Translations under genes and position numbers: made by a program
Assembly (NCBI RefSeq): GCF_035084215.1
Contig: NC_090340.1
Coordinates: forward strand, 17,918,001 to 17,982,000
DNA length: 64,000 nucleotides
Source: Heptranchias perlo
Lineage: Eukaryota
Direction of reading: 5' to 3'
Part shown: one piece after another, positions 12,255 to 24,560 of the stretch
Position numbering within the stretch: the stretch's first letter is position 1
Layout of the letters: the number at the start of each line of letters is the position of its first letter
Notes under the pieces: generated by a model
Database searches by the model: none
Told to the model about the DNA's origin: nothing
The model's input: only the letters and a program-made list of their open reading frames with translations

Positions 12255-12735
12255 GCTCCCCAAGTGGCTTAGTGAGTTAATGCATGTCTGCTATAATACT
12301 GAGTTACACCAATCCAAAGGGCCCAGGTTCAATTCCTGCTTCTCAATAAGTCATACTGATTACAATTGGTATAGGACAACAGTAAAGTGAAAAGATAGAT
12401 TACTCTGTCAGGTCAATAAAATATTAACCTCTCCACAGATGCAGATGGACCTGTTGTGTATTTCCACCATTTTCAGTTCAGATTTGCAATTTCTTTTCTT
12501 TTTAATTGATCTTAGTGTCACTGGGGTAAAAGGGGGAAGGGGGGAAATGCCCAGGGTTCCTGCTTCTGATTGCTATCCAGTGATCCCAGCTGGAAAGTTC
12601 ATATGTGGCTGTTGGCTGTCAGGAATGGGCTTTGCTGTGATGCCCCATGCAGTTGGATAGCCGGTCGACACAGCCTGTCTAGACTCACACGTGAACAATG
12701 GCCACGTTGAAGTGGTGTCAGTAACCATGGCACCA
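12255..12735 (+). mobile_element. Second SINE family (LF-SINE-like), decayed, with a Penelope-like fragment inside
   Basis: tRNA-like head (CCCAGGTTCAATTCC). The core CAGGGTTCCTGCTTCTGATTGCTATCCAGTGA..GCTGTGATGCCCC recurs inverted at 55900-56185 and 62560-62880. Confidence 0.55.
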
Positions 12736-13424
12736 TATTCAATCATGTATCAGTGCCTTTAAGAGAAGGAGGAGAGAACTGAGGAACACAATGTAGAAAG
12801 TGGCGCTCTGCTGTTTACCTGGTTGTTCGCTACTAATTCTGCACAGGCAGCTATTTAGATAAACCTTCACTGTGCTTCGTTCACCCAGGAGAGAGATGCA
12901 CCGAATGAGGGTCGTACTGTGGACACGCAGCCATTCCCACCACACACGGTGGTTCCTGTGTCACTGCTGTTACTGCCCTCTGCCTGGATTGCTGGAGGGC
13001 CGACGGGGAGCTTTCAGCACACTTTCCCGATAGCTGGCTGATGCACGGTGAGCCTTCCAGCTCCCAGCCTCCAGCTTGTGGCTCTTCTTCAAATAAATTA
13101 ACTTACTGAATGTGCACACAGGCAGCTCATTTCCATCGGATGCAGATTAGCTCCTGATTTGGGTTTTTCAAGGAGCCATTCAAAAGCCTCATTTTTATTC
13201 AGTTCAGATTAAACCACCCTGTCGCTGGCTTACTCAATTGATCTGTTATAAAAACTACACAAACTATCAACAATGAACAATTTCTCACAGAACAATAAAT
13301 CTATAATGCAGTGTTATTTCAGGTTGATTTTCTGTGAGGTATTTTAGTGTTATTAATGTGTAACTCTCATGCTTATCATACAATAATACCCAGTATGTTT
13401 TTGGGTATCATGATCCTGTATCAA

Positions 13425-13760
13425 TTATCAGCTTGGTTCAGTTGGTAACACTTTTGCCTCTGAGTCAGAAGGTTGTGGGTTAAAGCTCTTTTCAAGGACT
13501 TGAGCACATAATCTAGACTGACACATCAGTGCAGTACCGAGGGAGTGTTGCACTGTTGGCGGTGACATCCCTTAGTTGAGGCGTTAAGCCAAGTCTTTAG
13601 TCTGCCTGTTCCAATGTTTCATATCATCCTTACAAATCCTATACTATTCAAAGAAGAGCAGGGACTTGTTCTGGTGTCCTGGCCAGCATTCCATCCTCAA
13701 CCAACAGCACCCAAAGCTAATTAACAACATTGCTGTGTATGAAATCCTGCTTCAAAGTAA
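13425..13760 (+). mobile_element. tRNA/Deu-domain SINE, decayed
   Basis: GGTTCAGTTGGTAACACTTTTGCCTCTGAGTCAGAAGGTTGTGGGT head. Confidence 0.75.
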
Positions 13761-13869
13761 TTCACTGTATAAATGTATGTCCTTCTTCTACAACCTCATA
13801 CAATGCTGCTGTACACATTGTCACATATACTTTATGTTGCAAGGTGTATCACTTGTATGTGCATCTATA

Positions 13870-14235
13870 CACGTTTATTATATATTATATATAATGGAGT
13901 TCTATACCCCAGTAACACACAGTACATTATTAGACTATATGTATAGTATTATGTTACTATATATAGTATTATAATAGTGTTACTGGGGTAGAGCACTGCA
14001 TTATACATGATATATAATACACTATTACTGGGGCATAGCACTCCAATATATATGATATATAATACACTGTGTATTACTGGGGTATAGCACTACAGTATAT
14101 ATGATATATAACCTACTGTATTACTGGGGTATAACGCCCCAATATATATGATATATAACATACTGTATTACTAGGGTTTAATGCTCCAATATATATGATA
14201 TATAACCTACTGTATTACTGGGGTATAACGCTCCT
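13870..14235. repeat. AT-rich ~46-bp minisatellite (about 5-6 units) preceded by an inverted copy
   Basis: Unit TACTGTATTACTGGGGTATAACGCTCCAATATATATGATATATAACC; inverted TATACCCCAGTAACAC at ~13903. Confidence 0.8.
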
Positions 14236-14309
14236 ATCAAATCCTTTTGTAATTTTAAACACCTCAATTAGATCATCCCTCTGTCTGTCTCTTTCTCTCT
14301 CTCTAAAGA

Positions 14310-14762
14310 AAGAAAGACTTGCATTTATATAGCGCCTTTCATGACCTCAGGATGTCCCAAAGCCCTTTGCAGCCAATTAAGTACTTTTGAAGTGTAGTCA
14401 CTGTCATAATGTAGGAACCACGGCAGTCAATTTGCACACAGCAAGGTCCCACAAACAGCAATGAGATAATGACCACAATCTGTTTTAGCAATGTTGGTTG
14501 AGGGATAAATATTGGCCAGGACTCAAAGGAGAACTCCCCTGCTCTTCTTCAAATAGTGCCATGAGAGCATTTACCTGAGAGGGCAGACGGAGCCTTGGTT
14601 CAACGTCTCATCCGAAAGACAGCACTTCCAACAGTGCAGCTCTCCCTCAGTACTGCACTGAAGTGTCAGCCTGGATTATGTGCTCAAGTCTCTGGATTGG
14701 GACTTGCACCCATAACCTTCTGACTCAGAGGTGAGAGTGCAACCACTGAGCCACAGCTAGCA
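14310..14762 (-). mobile_element. tRNA/Deu-domain SINE, full length
   Basis: tRNA-like head, central conserved domain, and L2-like tail GGCGCTATATAAATGCAAGTCTTTC. Confidence 0.9.
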
Positions 14763-16379
14763 CTCGCCTTCCTGCATGGCTTTCACACGTTTTGTTTTCT
14801 TGGGGTGTCTGTATTACTAAGTCTTTTTCTCCCTGTTTCTATCTCATTCGTTCTTTGAGTCTCTCCGGCCCTCTTTCTCTTCCCTCTCCACTGTCTCTGT
14901 GTGGCTCTCATACATGTTCCTTTACTGACATACTCTATCTATCTCTTACCTTTTTTAAAACCTAGGGTGTGAAAGAGAGGGATAATGTCAGGAGGTACTG
15001 GGCAGGGTTGAGGCTGGGGTTTGGGGTTGGATCGTTGAGGGAGGTGGGGGCGACATCCTTGAAAGGAATAGGGGAAAGGCAGGATCTGGGAGTAATAATT
15101 GATGATGGGGTGTAGGAGCGCTGGGGTCTGGAGGTGACTTGGCCCTGGTAACATTTATGGGGGAGCTCATAGGATGCACTAATGTCTGTGAGCCCTTTGG
15201 GATGGGGGGCTGAGAGCACTAATGGGTGATTCAGGAGACCTGCGAAAACTCAGGAGGTTGGGGGTTTTGGAGAACTGGTGTTATTAGAGTCAGGATAGGG
15301 TTTAGGGCACTGCAGAGCCTCGGAGCATGAGGGGGACTGGGGGGGGGGGTTAGCTTGAGTATGAGAGAAGTGAGTGGGGTGGGTAATTGTGAAAGTAATG
15401 GGGACAGATGCATTGACGGGGGATTGGTTCTGGGAGCACCAGGTTCGGGGTACGGTGTGATATGCGTGTTACTTCAACAAGTACGAGCGAAGGCAGGTTT
15501 TGAAAATATAAAAATCAAGGAGCTGGGGAGATCTGATTTGTTCACTTTTAGTCAATTGGATATTTGATTGGCCAAAATGAGGAATTACCTGTTAGATTGC
15601 CAATCATTAGCTTTTGCCCTGTGGATGTGTGACACTTCCAGGTGCGACGCCTTTGAAAGGTATGACACCATAAGCACACCCATGCCAGCATTCAAACTCC
15701 ACATGTACACACGCATGCAAAATCACCATGCACATTCCACAAGTACATAAGTTTGCATGCACCGGACACACAATCGCACACATATGAGGACACATGCAGA
15801 CATGCAGCCACACAAATGAGCAGTCACACCTACATGTAGAAGATGAAAGATGAGCAAGTGACCATTTTCTTAGTTTAGGGTTCTCCCTCCGTGCCCCTTG
15901 TGTTGATTGAGATGTCTGACTGTAGCTGAGGAACAGGCAGATTCTATGCTGACCCCCACCTGCTTCTTCACGATGGGCTGCAATTAATCTCTGATTGGCA
16001 GCATTCACTGAAATGAAAAAGAAAAGGTCACGACACAGACTCATCTGGTAAGAATCAATCTGACATTTGGAGTTTTGTGTCTACATGCGGCTCATTACAT
16101 TCAGTGATGGAGATGACGCATTCAATTGCTCCTTAATGAGAAAATGGAATTAGTTGCTAGGGACCAGAATTCTGACCTGGAATATTGGGTTTTCTGAAGT
16201 ATAAATTATAATTTCAACATTTAACACAGTACAGCAAAAGCTTTGGGATGTCTGCAAAGCACTTCAGACCTTCACAACATTTAATAGTAATGTGAAATTA
16301 ACCCTTCCCTTCTAAATAAAGAGTAATTCCAAACTATTATACAATAATCAACCCTTGCTCTGCTGAATAAACAGCTAAA

Positions 16380-16805
16380 AAGAAAGAATTTGCATTTATG
16401 TAGTACTTTATCACATACCAAAGTACTTCACACAACGAATTGCAGTCACTGTTGTTATAGAGGCAAATGTAGCAGATATTTTGCACCCAGTTAAGGTCCC
16501 ACAAACATCAATGAGGCAGACGATTAAAAATAAAAACAGAAAATGCTGGAAAACACTCAGCAGGTCAGGCAGCATCTGTGGAGAGAGAAACAGTTAACCT
16601 TTCATCAGATGATTAATCTGTTTTTTGGTGTTATTGGCTGAAGGAAGAATGTTGGCTGGAACATCTCTCCTTTGAAAAGTACCGTGGAATTTTTAACTTC
16701 CACCCATGCCACCAAAACAGGTGAGAAGTCACATACGAGATGGTAGCTCTGAAAATAACAGCCTAGATTTTGTGCTGATGTCCTGTAGTGGGGCTTCAAC
16801 CCACA
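16380..16805 (-). mobile_element. Old SINE body (head continues at 21557-21600), split by Penelope and Harbinger insertions
   Basis: ...GGGGCTTCAACCCACA| resumes after 21556 as ..ATCTTTAGTCAGAGGCAAGAATACTACC, the expected SINE continuation. Confidence 0.7.
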
Positions 16806-17705
16806 GGCCTGGAAATTCAATGCAGGGAGTGGGGCGCGGGCTGCCCACGCCTGGTCACGTGGTCCCTTGTTAGTGCCACACAGCCAGCTGGGCCAAACTG
16901 CCCCGGCACAGACCGATCCTCAAGGCCCAGAGCTGCCCGAGGTCATCCTCCACGGCCATCTGAAATGTCCTCAATGGAAGCTCAGCAGCCTCCCATCTCC
17001 TAAGCTCTAGGCACTGGGGAAACACTTCATAGGAGCGCACAAGGCAGGCATTAAGGATGACTCTTAATTATTTCTGTCAACTATTAGGTCACAGATGGAA
17101 TTGAGTTGTTGGATATAGTGTTTTTTGTTCTGGATTTGCTATTGGTGTTAATATTTGTAATGAAGTGGGAGCAGGCCCTATGTGGCTGGGCTGAAGGATG
17201 GTGATGATAAGGATTGCGGGACTGTTGGTGAATTGGGGATGGGAGGGATGGTTCACGTGAAACGCTCTTGGATGAGTTGCACTGAGAGCTCTGGCAGCTG
17301 GGGGCACTGGTGATAGTTGCTGCTCCAGTTCCTCCTCCTGCTCATGCAGCACTTCTCGTTGCCCAGGTGGTGGTGAGGGCTGGTCCCTCATGATGGCAAA
17401 GTTATGCAGCAGACAACCACAGATCTGGATACCTATTCAGGGCTGTACGGCACAGCTCCTCCCAAATGGTCCAGGCAGTGGAAGTGTTGCTTGAGCACGC
17501 CGACTGTCTGCTCCATGACGTTTCTGGTGGCAGCATGGCTCTCGTTGTACGCCAGCTCTGCAGCTGTGCCCGTGTTCCTGACAGGATTCATGAGCCAAGT
17601 CGCCCAGTAGCCAGTCGGTGACCTGACCCTGATTGAAATAAAGGTGATACGATGGGCTGGCGCAGGATGAATGAATCATGACTGCTGCCAGGAAACTGGG
17701 CACAA

Positions 17706-19309
17706 ACATCGAGTTACATCGAAACTACAGCACAGAAACAGGCCATTCGGCTCAATTGCTCCACATGAGCCTCCTCCCTTCCTACTTCATCTAACCCTAT
17801 CAGGATACTCTTCTATTCCTTTTTCCCTCATGTACTTATCTAGCTTCTTGTGGTAGCGCGTTCCGTATTTTTACCATTTTTTGGGTAAAGAAACTTCCTA
17901 TTGGATTTATTAGTGACTATCTTATATTTATGGCCTCTAGTTTTGGATTCCCCCACAAGTGGAAACATTTTCTTTACATCTACCCTATCAAACCTTTTCA
18001 TTATCTTAAAAACCTCTGACAGGTCACCCCTCAGCCTTCTCTTTTCTAGTGAAAAGTGTCCCAACCTGTTCAGCCTTTCCTGATAAGGATATCCTCTCAG
18101 TTCTGGCATCATTCTTGTGAATCTTTTTTGCACCCTCTCCGATGCCTCTATATCCTTTCTATAATATAGAGACCAGAACTATGCACAATATCCAAGTATG
18201 GTCTAACTAAAATTCTATACAAGTTTAACATAATTACTTTGCTTTTCAATTCTATCCCTCTAGAAATGAACCTCGGTGTTTGGTTTGCCTTTTTTATAGT
18301 CTTATTAACCTGCGTCGCTACTTTTAGTGATTTGTGTATCTGTATCCTGAGATCCCTTTGCTCCTCTATCCCGTTTAGATTCTTATTATCTCAGCAGTAT
18401 GTTGCCTCCTTATTCTTCCTACCAAAATGCACCACCTCACACTTATCTATATTGAAATTTGCCAGTTATACACCCAATCTGCAAGTTTATTAATGTCTTC
18501 TTGCATTTTGACTCATTCTTCCTTTGTATTAACAACACCCCCCCAATTTGGTGTTATCCGCAAATTTTGAAATTGTACTTCTGATTCCCGAATCCAAATC
18601 ATTAATATAAATTGTGAACAACAGTGCTCCTAGTACAGATCCCTGTAGAACACCACTTCCCACATTTTGCCAGTCTGAGTAGCTACCTTTAACCCCTACT
18701 CTCTGTTTTCTGTTTTGTAGCCAACTTGCTATCCATTCTGCTACCTGTCCCCTAAATCCATATGCTCTGACCTTAGCCACGAGTCTACAATGTGGTACCT
18801 CATCGAAGGCCTTTTGAAAATTCAAACATATTACATCTCAAGGGCAATTAGGGATGGGCAATAAATGCTGGCCTTGCCAGCCACACCCACATCCCATGAA
18901 CGAATAAAAAAAAAATCTACTACATTACCCTTGTCTACTCTTTCTGTTGCTTCTTCAAAGAATTTAATAAGGTTGGTCAAGCATGACTTTCCCTTCTGAG
19001 ATCCATGATGACTATTCTTTATTATATTTTCATACTCTAAATGTCTTTCTATTACATCTTTGAGTGAAGGTTCTATTCTCTTTCCTACCACCAATGTTAA
19101 GCTAACTGGTCTATAGTTTCCTGGACTTGTTCTATCTCCTTTTGTAAATATAGGAATAACATTAGCTGTCCGCCAGTCCTCTGGCACTATTCCATTTTCT
19201 AGTGATTTTTTATATATATGTAATTGTGCCTCTGCTATCTCCTCCCTAACTTCTTTTAATATTCACGGATGCAATCCATCCGGACCAGGGGTCTTAAGTT
19301 TAATTAATT
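17706..19309 (-). mobile_element. CR1 LINE inserted in the Harbinger element
   Basis: PEDWRTANVIPIF..PGNYRPVSLT, FQKAFDEVPH, QGSVLG..KFADNTKLGG peptides. Confidence 0.92.
18838..18915 (+). mobile_element. 3' end of another non-LTR element with a poly(A) tail, inside the CR1
   Basis: CAAGGGCAATTAGGGATGGGCAATAAATGCTGGCC...GAATAAAAAAAAAAA interrupts the CR1 RT; short TCT duplication at the junctions. Confidence 0.65.
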
Positions 19310-19414
19310 TGGAATCCCTTTCAATTGATCAAGATGCCAGGCTGGTAATGGGGAGCACGCAAGGCAATATGTGTGCCATCTATGGTACCTTGCACCCTGG
19401 GGAAGCCTGCAATG

Positions 19415-20599
19415 CTTCATGGAATGCATTCGAGACAGTTTTCTAGAACAATATGTTGAGGAACCAACTACGGAACAGGCTATTTTAGATCTAGTATTGT
19501 GTAATGAGACAGGGTTAATTAGTAATCTTATAGTGAGGGATCCTCTGGGGAAGAGTGATCATAACATGATAGAATTTCATATTGAGTTTGAGAGTGATGT
19601 AGTTAAGTCCAAAACTAGGGTCTTAAATTTAAACAAAGGCAATTATGTAGGTATGAGGGGTGAGTTGGCTAAGGTAGATTGAGAAAATAGATTAAAAGAT
19701 ATGATGGTAGATAAGCAATGGCGAACATTTAAAGAAATAATTCATAATTCTCTACAAATATGCATTCCCTTGAGGAATAAAAACTCCACAGGAATGTGAT
19801 CCAACCGTGGCTAACTAGAGAAGATAAGGATGGTATTAGATTAAAAGAAGATGCTTACAAGGTTGCCAAAAAGAGTAGTAAGCCAAAGGGATTTGGGTGT
19901 CCTTGTATACATATCACAGAAATTTAACATGCAGGTACAGCAAGCAATTAGGAAGGCAAATGATATGTTAGCCTTTATTGCAAGGGGGTTGGAGTATAAG
20001 AGTAAGGAGGTCTTTCTGCAATTATATAGGGCTCTGGTGAGATCACACCTGGAGTACTGTGTACAGTTTTGATCTTCTTCCCTAAGCAAGGATATTCTTG
20101 CCTAAGAGGGGGGTGACAAAGGTTCACTAGATTGATTCCTGGGACGAGAGGTTTGTCCTATGAGGAGAGATTGAGTGGAATGGGCCTATATTCTCTGGAG
20201 TTTAGAAGAATGAGAGGTGATCTCATTGAAATGTATAAAATTTTTAGAGGGCTTGACAGGGTAGATGCTGAGTGGCTGTTTCCTCTGGCTGGAGAGTCTA
20301 GAACTAGAGGTCAAAGTCTCAAGTCAAGAGGTCGGCCATTTAGGACTGAGATGAGGAAAACTTTCTTCACTCAGAGGGTTGTGAATCTTTGGAATTCTCT
20401 ATCCCAGAGGGCTGTGGATGCTCAGTCGTTGAGTATATTCAAGACTGAGATCGATAGATTTTTGGACACTAAGGGAACCAAGGGATATCGGGATAGGGCA
20501 GGAAAGTGGAGTTGAGGTGAAAGATCAGCCATGATCTTAATGGCGGAGCAGGCTCGAGGGGCCGTATGGCCTACTCCTGCTCTTATTCCTTATGTTCAT
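19415..20599 (+). mobile_element. CR1 LINE (internally deleted) inserted in the Harbinger element; AATG duplicated at both junctions
   Basis: Endonuclease-end motif LGKSDHNMIEF followed by the RT C-terminus; AATG at 19411-19414 and 20600-20603. Confidence 0.92.
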
Positions 20600-22711
20600 A
20601 ATGTGGGCAAATCCCAGTGCTCTCTCTGCTTCGGTCTGTCCATTGGGAAAGAGATGTAGGTGTTCCTCCTGGTGTAGAGAGATTCCATGTCCTCCCAGAC
20701 ACAACGGTGGACAGCAAACTGGGATGATGTCACCTGCTGTAGCCTAGAAGAAGCCCATTGCATTAAATGTAAGGACCACGGTGACCTCGACAGCCACAGG
20801 CAGTGCTGCCCATGCCCTGGTGTGAGGTACGAGTTGTGGCTACAGCAGGTGACATAGCTCAGTGACAGCCTCCTTGGTAAAGTGAAGGAGTCAGAGACAT
20901 TGCTGCTCAGTGAAGTTCAGGTAGGAGAAGTGCTCCCTGAAGACCCGCTGGGGGTATGGCCTCCTGCACAGGGCCCTCCTCCTCCCTCTTCTCCCAGCTA
21001 CTCTCTCCTGTCTTCTTGGATGGTTCCCCTTGTCCTCCAGCCCCAAAGGCAGCCCTACCAGACCATCCATGACTGCAGTGAAATTGTTTTCGAAGCAGCC
21101 AAAAGCAGTGTAGCACCAACAAAAACTTATTCTCAGAAATCAGTTATAGAATTGAGAAAATAGCCCAAAAAACCCCAAAAGTTAACCAGCAGCATAAAGG
21201 ACAAAACAGCAACTAACCTGTATGTAGTGGATGAGCCCTTTAAATAGCACTGCTGAAGGGTCCTTACTGCCTGTTAGCACCACGAGTTGTTGGGCGAGTT
21301 TCTCACGAGTGAGTCAGGTGCTGGGGCAGCCCAATTTCACAAAGTGGTACAGCAAGCGTAGGACCCTTATTTAAATATTTTAATTACTGTTTAACATACT
21401 TGCAGTGCGTGTCCTGGACGTCTACGGAGGAGCCCGATCCAATATGGCAGGCGACATGCTGCCAGCATGAGACAAGCACGCCACCCGCCATATTGGCCGC
21501 TTAGGCGTCCGTTTAATGCCTGTAAAACGGGCGTGGCGCCAACAAATATCTAGGCCGCAATCTTTAGTCAGAGGCAAGAATACTACCATCAAGCAGCTAT
21601 CTAGTTACACAATAAACAACCCTCACCCTCCTGAATGATACAGTTACACAGTGATTAATCTTTACCTTACTGACTAAAGATCAGTAAGTTATATGTTATT
21701 AATCAGGCCTGAGGCAAAGTACGGGCTGTATTAAATTTTGAACATAAACAAAGACACCCCAAGTCGCTGATTGTTTTGGCTCCAGATGATTACAAGCCTG
21801 TTCTGCTGATGACAAAACTCCAGCATGTTACTGAAAAAAATGTATTCAGTAATTATTACTGGCTGCCCCAGTGATAAGCTTTGCTTTTTTGGCCCTTACA
21901 ACTACATCATTCTTTAGCGTGAAAATTGGGAGTGGGCGTCGATTTTGGCCATCATGTCTGATTAGTGTAATATGTCCTCATGGGGAGTGAACCATTAGCT
22001 CCTACATGGCTCAGGGCAAAACATTAGGTGCTCTTGATTCTACTCACTGGATGATTACCCTCCCACCCTACTCCCTCTCCCTGCACACCACCTCGGTTAC
22101 TGGTTCCTACTGACTTCATGCTCTGGGATGTTCCCATTATTAGAGATGAAACAGAGGACTTCGGACTCCCCATAACTCCAATACCAAACCAGAAAATATC
22201 ACCTCGGGGTGTTAAGGGGAGATGTGGCCTTACTCAAAAGGATAGAGAATGTCTGGTTTGTCAATATTGTACTGGGAATCAGTGTTTTCTTTAGGTCTCA
22301 GACAATTGCTGTGTAATGAGGGTGAGCAGTGTTATTTCCACTACAGTGATCATGAGAGGGTTGAGAAGGTTCTTGCCCAATTATCTTTTACCTTGGTCTT
22401 TTCAAGTATGATGACATAGATAACGTAGAACTAAACTGCCACAGTCTGGAGCTACTGAGACACCATCTCATGCCACTTTGGGACCCATGTCTGCCATGGG
22501 AATTTACTTAATAGTGTCTTCAGTCGCTGAGTGAGTGTTAAGACATACTTAACATACCGTTTATGTTACGTACCGTTTACATACCATATTAGACTGGTGA
22601 GAGAGCAGCACTTCCGTCCAGAGCGCCCTGTAGTTCCAACAATCCAATTCCCATCTGGAGAGCCCTATATCCCCATGAGTACAGTGCGGAACTCCCATTG
22701 CTCAAGTGTAG

Positions 22712-23224
22712 GGCAGTGGACTTCAAAGAAGCCAACACACCGTCCTCTTTCTGCCAGAGGTGGGGAATGTTGGGAGAGAGGGATGGTCTAGGACATGGAC
22801 TCCTTCATCACAAGATACCCCAGGAGAGGTGGACAGGTTTCCCTTTAGGTGGTGTTCATTAAGGGCAGGATAGCTCTAGAGGAAGAGCATTGGGCTGCAA
22901 TTAAGGGGAAGGTAGAGTAGCTGTAGAAGAAGGGGATTGGACTCCCATTCCAAATCTCTACTAGTTTCAACAGTGCAATTCCATAAGGATGACTCCGTTT
23001 AAGACCACTGAATGAAGCATCCCATGATGACACAGTCTTTGAAAGAACTGCCTGTTGTGACACCCATCAAACCCAGAAAGTTTATTCCCCCCTGCATTGT
23101 TTTCATTTTTGGAAGAGTCCCTGTCCTAGACCATCCCTCCCGCCCAACACTCCTTCGCCCCCACCACTCCCTGCTCCAGGCTGAAGGGAGTGCGTGTATT
23201 GGCTGGCTTGAAGTCCACATTGCA
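22712..23224. repeat. Imperfect fold-back, ~100-bp inverted arms
   Basis: GTGGACTTCAA..AGGGATGGTCTAGGACA(T)GGACTC mirrors GAGTCCCTGTCCTAGACCATCCCT..TTGAAGTCCAC. Confidence 0.65.
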
Positions 23225-23395
23225 GGAGGCAAGAAATGTTAAAAAGATTGTTCCATCACTGATTTCAATGTAATAAAGTATTTTTAGAGGACGTGAACTG
23301 ATGCTAGTAATCACCAAAACCTTGTTCCGTAGAACAGTTATCAGTGAGATGCTGTTGTAAAACCTTCTAACTCTCCTTTCATTGCTCCCATCAAG

Positions 23396-23471
23396 GTGCA
23401 AGTTGGAACCACACCTCAGGACCAAAGAATTGTGGGATATGTTTGCTGCACCCATTTGCAAGCTCTGGCAG
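23396..23471 (+). CDS. SMPD3: SMPD3 (neutral sphingomyelinase 2) internal coding exon, VQVGTTPQDQRIVGYVCCTHLQALA(G)
   Basis: aag|GTG acceptor, G|gtaagc donor, 76 nt. Translation matches vertebrate nSMase2 VQVGSTPQDQRIVGYIACTHLHA. Not in the ORF track (too short). Confidence 0.95.
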
Positions 23472-23629
23472 GTAAGCAGACACTGAAAGGATAAATTCAT
23501 TCATTTGTCAATCCTTGATTTTTCCTCATTTCAGGACCTCTCCACTTTTCCTTTAGTTTGCTAGTTCTTCCTCAGCGGAGCAGAAGAGTCAACCAGCAAG
23601 TTTCCTCAGAAAGCAGGTTCTCCCATATT

Positions 23630-23855
23630 AACAAACTCCCCCCGCTCCCCAAACTCCACCCTCTGCAAACTCCCTCCCAAACTTCTCCCCGCTCTCCCAA
23701 ACTGCCCCCCCGCAAACTCCCACCCCACAAACCGCACCCCCCGCAAACTCCCTCAGCTCCCAAACTGCCCCCTTTGCCAAACTGGCCCCCCCTGCTGCCA
23801 AACACTCCTCCCCGCTCCCAAACTTCCCCCATTCCCAAAATCCCCCTCCCTGTTT
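23630..23855. repeat. C-rich degenerate tandem repeat (CCCAAACTCCCCCC-like)
   Basis: Recurrent CAAACT followed by C-runs. Confidence 0.7.
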
Positions 23856-24404
23856 AATTTTGTTTTTATCTCCAATCTCCATTTGGCTGTTGGACTGCTG
23901 CTGTTCAGTAGGACGTCTGGTAGCTCACCTTGGATATCGGGTAATTTCTTTTCAGTAAATGCACAAGTCTGTCGCATCCCTGGAATATACGCTTCCTTCC
24001 TTTGTGTAGAATTCTGGATTAAATAATTAACGATCCATGCACTGAATCCTTCCATCATTTGGGTTTTAAGGGTTTTTTCCCCGTTTGTAATATTGTAAGG
24101 ACTGTCTGAATGGATTGAAACATGCCAGTACTCCTGGCAAACTCATTCCTCCTTTATGCTTGAAGCCAAACACTGACTTTGGCCAATAAATGTGTAAACG
24201 CGACGAGAACAAAATGGAGGTGTTGGGAGGGAGCGCGGATGGACAGTGGGTTAGACGATCCCAATACTGTTGGTTAATAAACACTGCAGAGCACCTCTCT
24301 GTGCTGAAGATGTAATGTGGCTGCATGTTCATTTTCCGCTACATCGGACAATGTATTTAATTAAGAAGATGCTGTGGTGTGGTTAACATCTACCTCTCAC
24401 TCAG

Positions 24405-24560
24405 GAGACGCCGCCATTCGCTGTGAACAGATGGACCACCTGCTGGACTGGCTGGCTGAGTTCCAAAAATCTACCTCTTCATCAAGCCCCGCCAATCCAG
24501 AGGAGCTGCTGGCATTCGACGTCCTGTGTGGGGATCTCAACTTTGATAACTGCTCCTCAG
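24405..24560 (+). CDS. SMPD3: SMPD3 exon, (G)DAAIRCEQMDHLLDWLAEFQKSTSSSSPANPEELLAFDVLCGDLNFDNCSS
   Basis: cag| acceptor, G|gtgagt donor, 156 nt. Contains the EEP-family GDLN motif; phase is compatible with neighbouring exons. Confidence 0.97.

Larger units (their letters stand above)
17260..21070 (-). pseudogene. HARBI1-like DDE transposase pseudogene in three pieces (21070-20600, 19414-19310, 17705-17260)
   Basis: Manual translation: RVFREHFSYLNFTEQQCL*LLHFTKEAVTELCHLL..SQFAVHRC / IAGFPRVQGTIDGTHIALRAP / FPGSSHDSFILRQ..WLLGD..YNESHAATRNVMEQTVGVLKQHFHCLD, with stops and frameshifts. Confidence 0.88.
16806..21556 (-). mobile_element. PIF/Harbinger DNA transposon (decayed) with imperfect TIRs
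   Basis: GGCCTGGAAATTC at 16806 versus AAATATCTAGGCC ending at 21556 (10/13 match in inverse); internal transposase remnants. Confidence 0.8.

Noticed and set aside
2395-20515. Reverse-transcriptase ORFs as host genes or an active LINE
   Set aside because: All are truncated, frameshifted CR1/L2 fragments.
1-23395. SMPD3 large first coding exon or promoter
   Set aside because: No matching ORF or CpG island was found; the region reads as intron.
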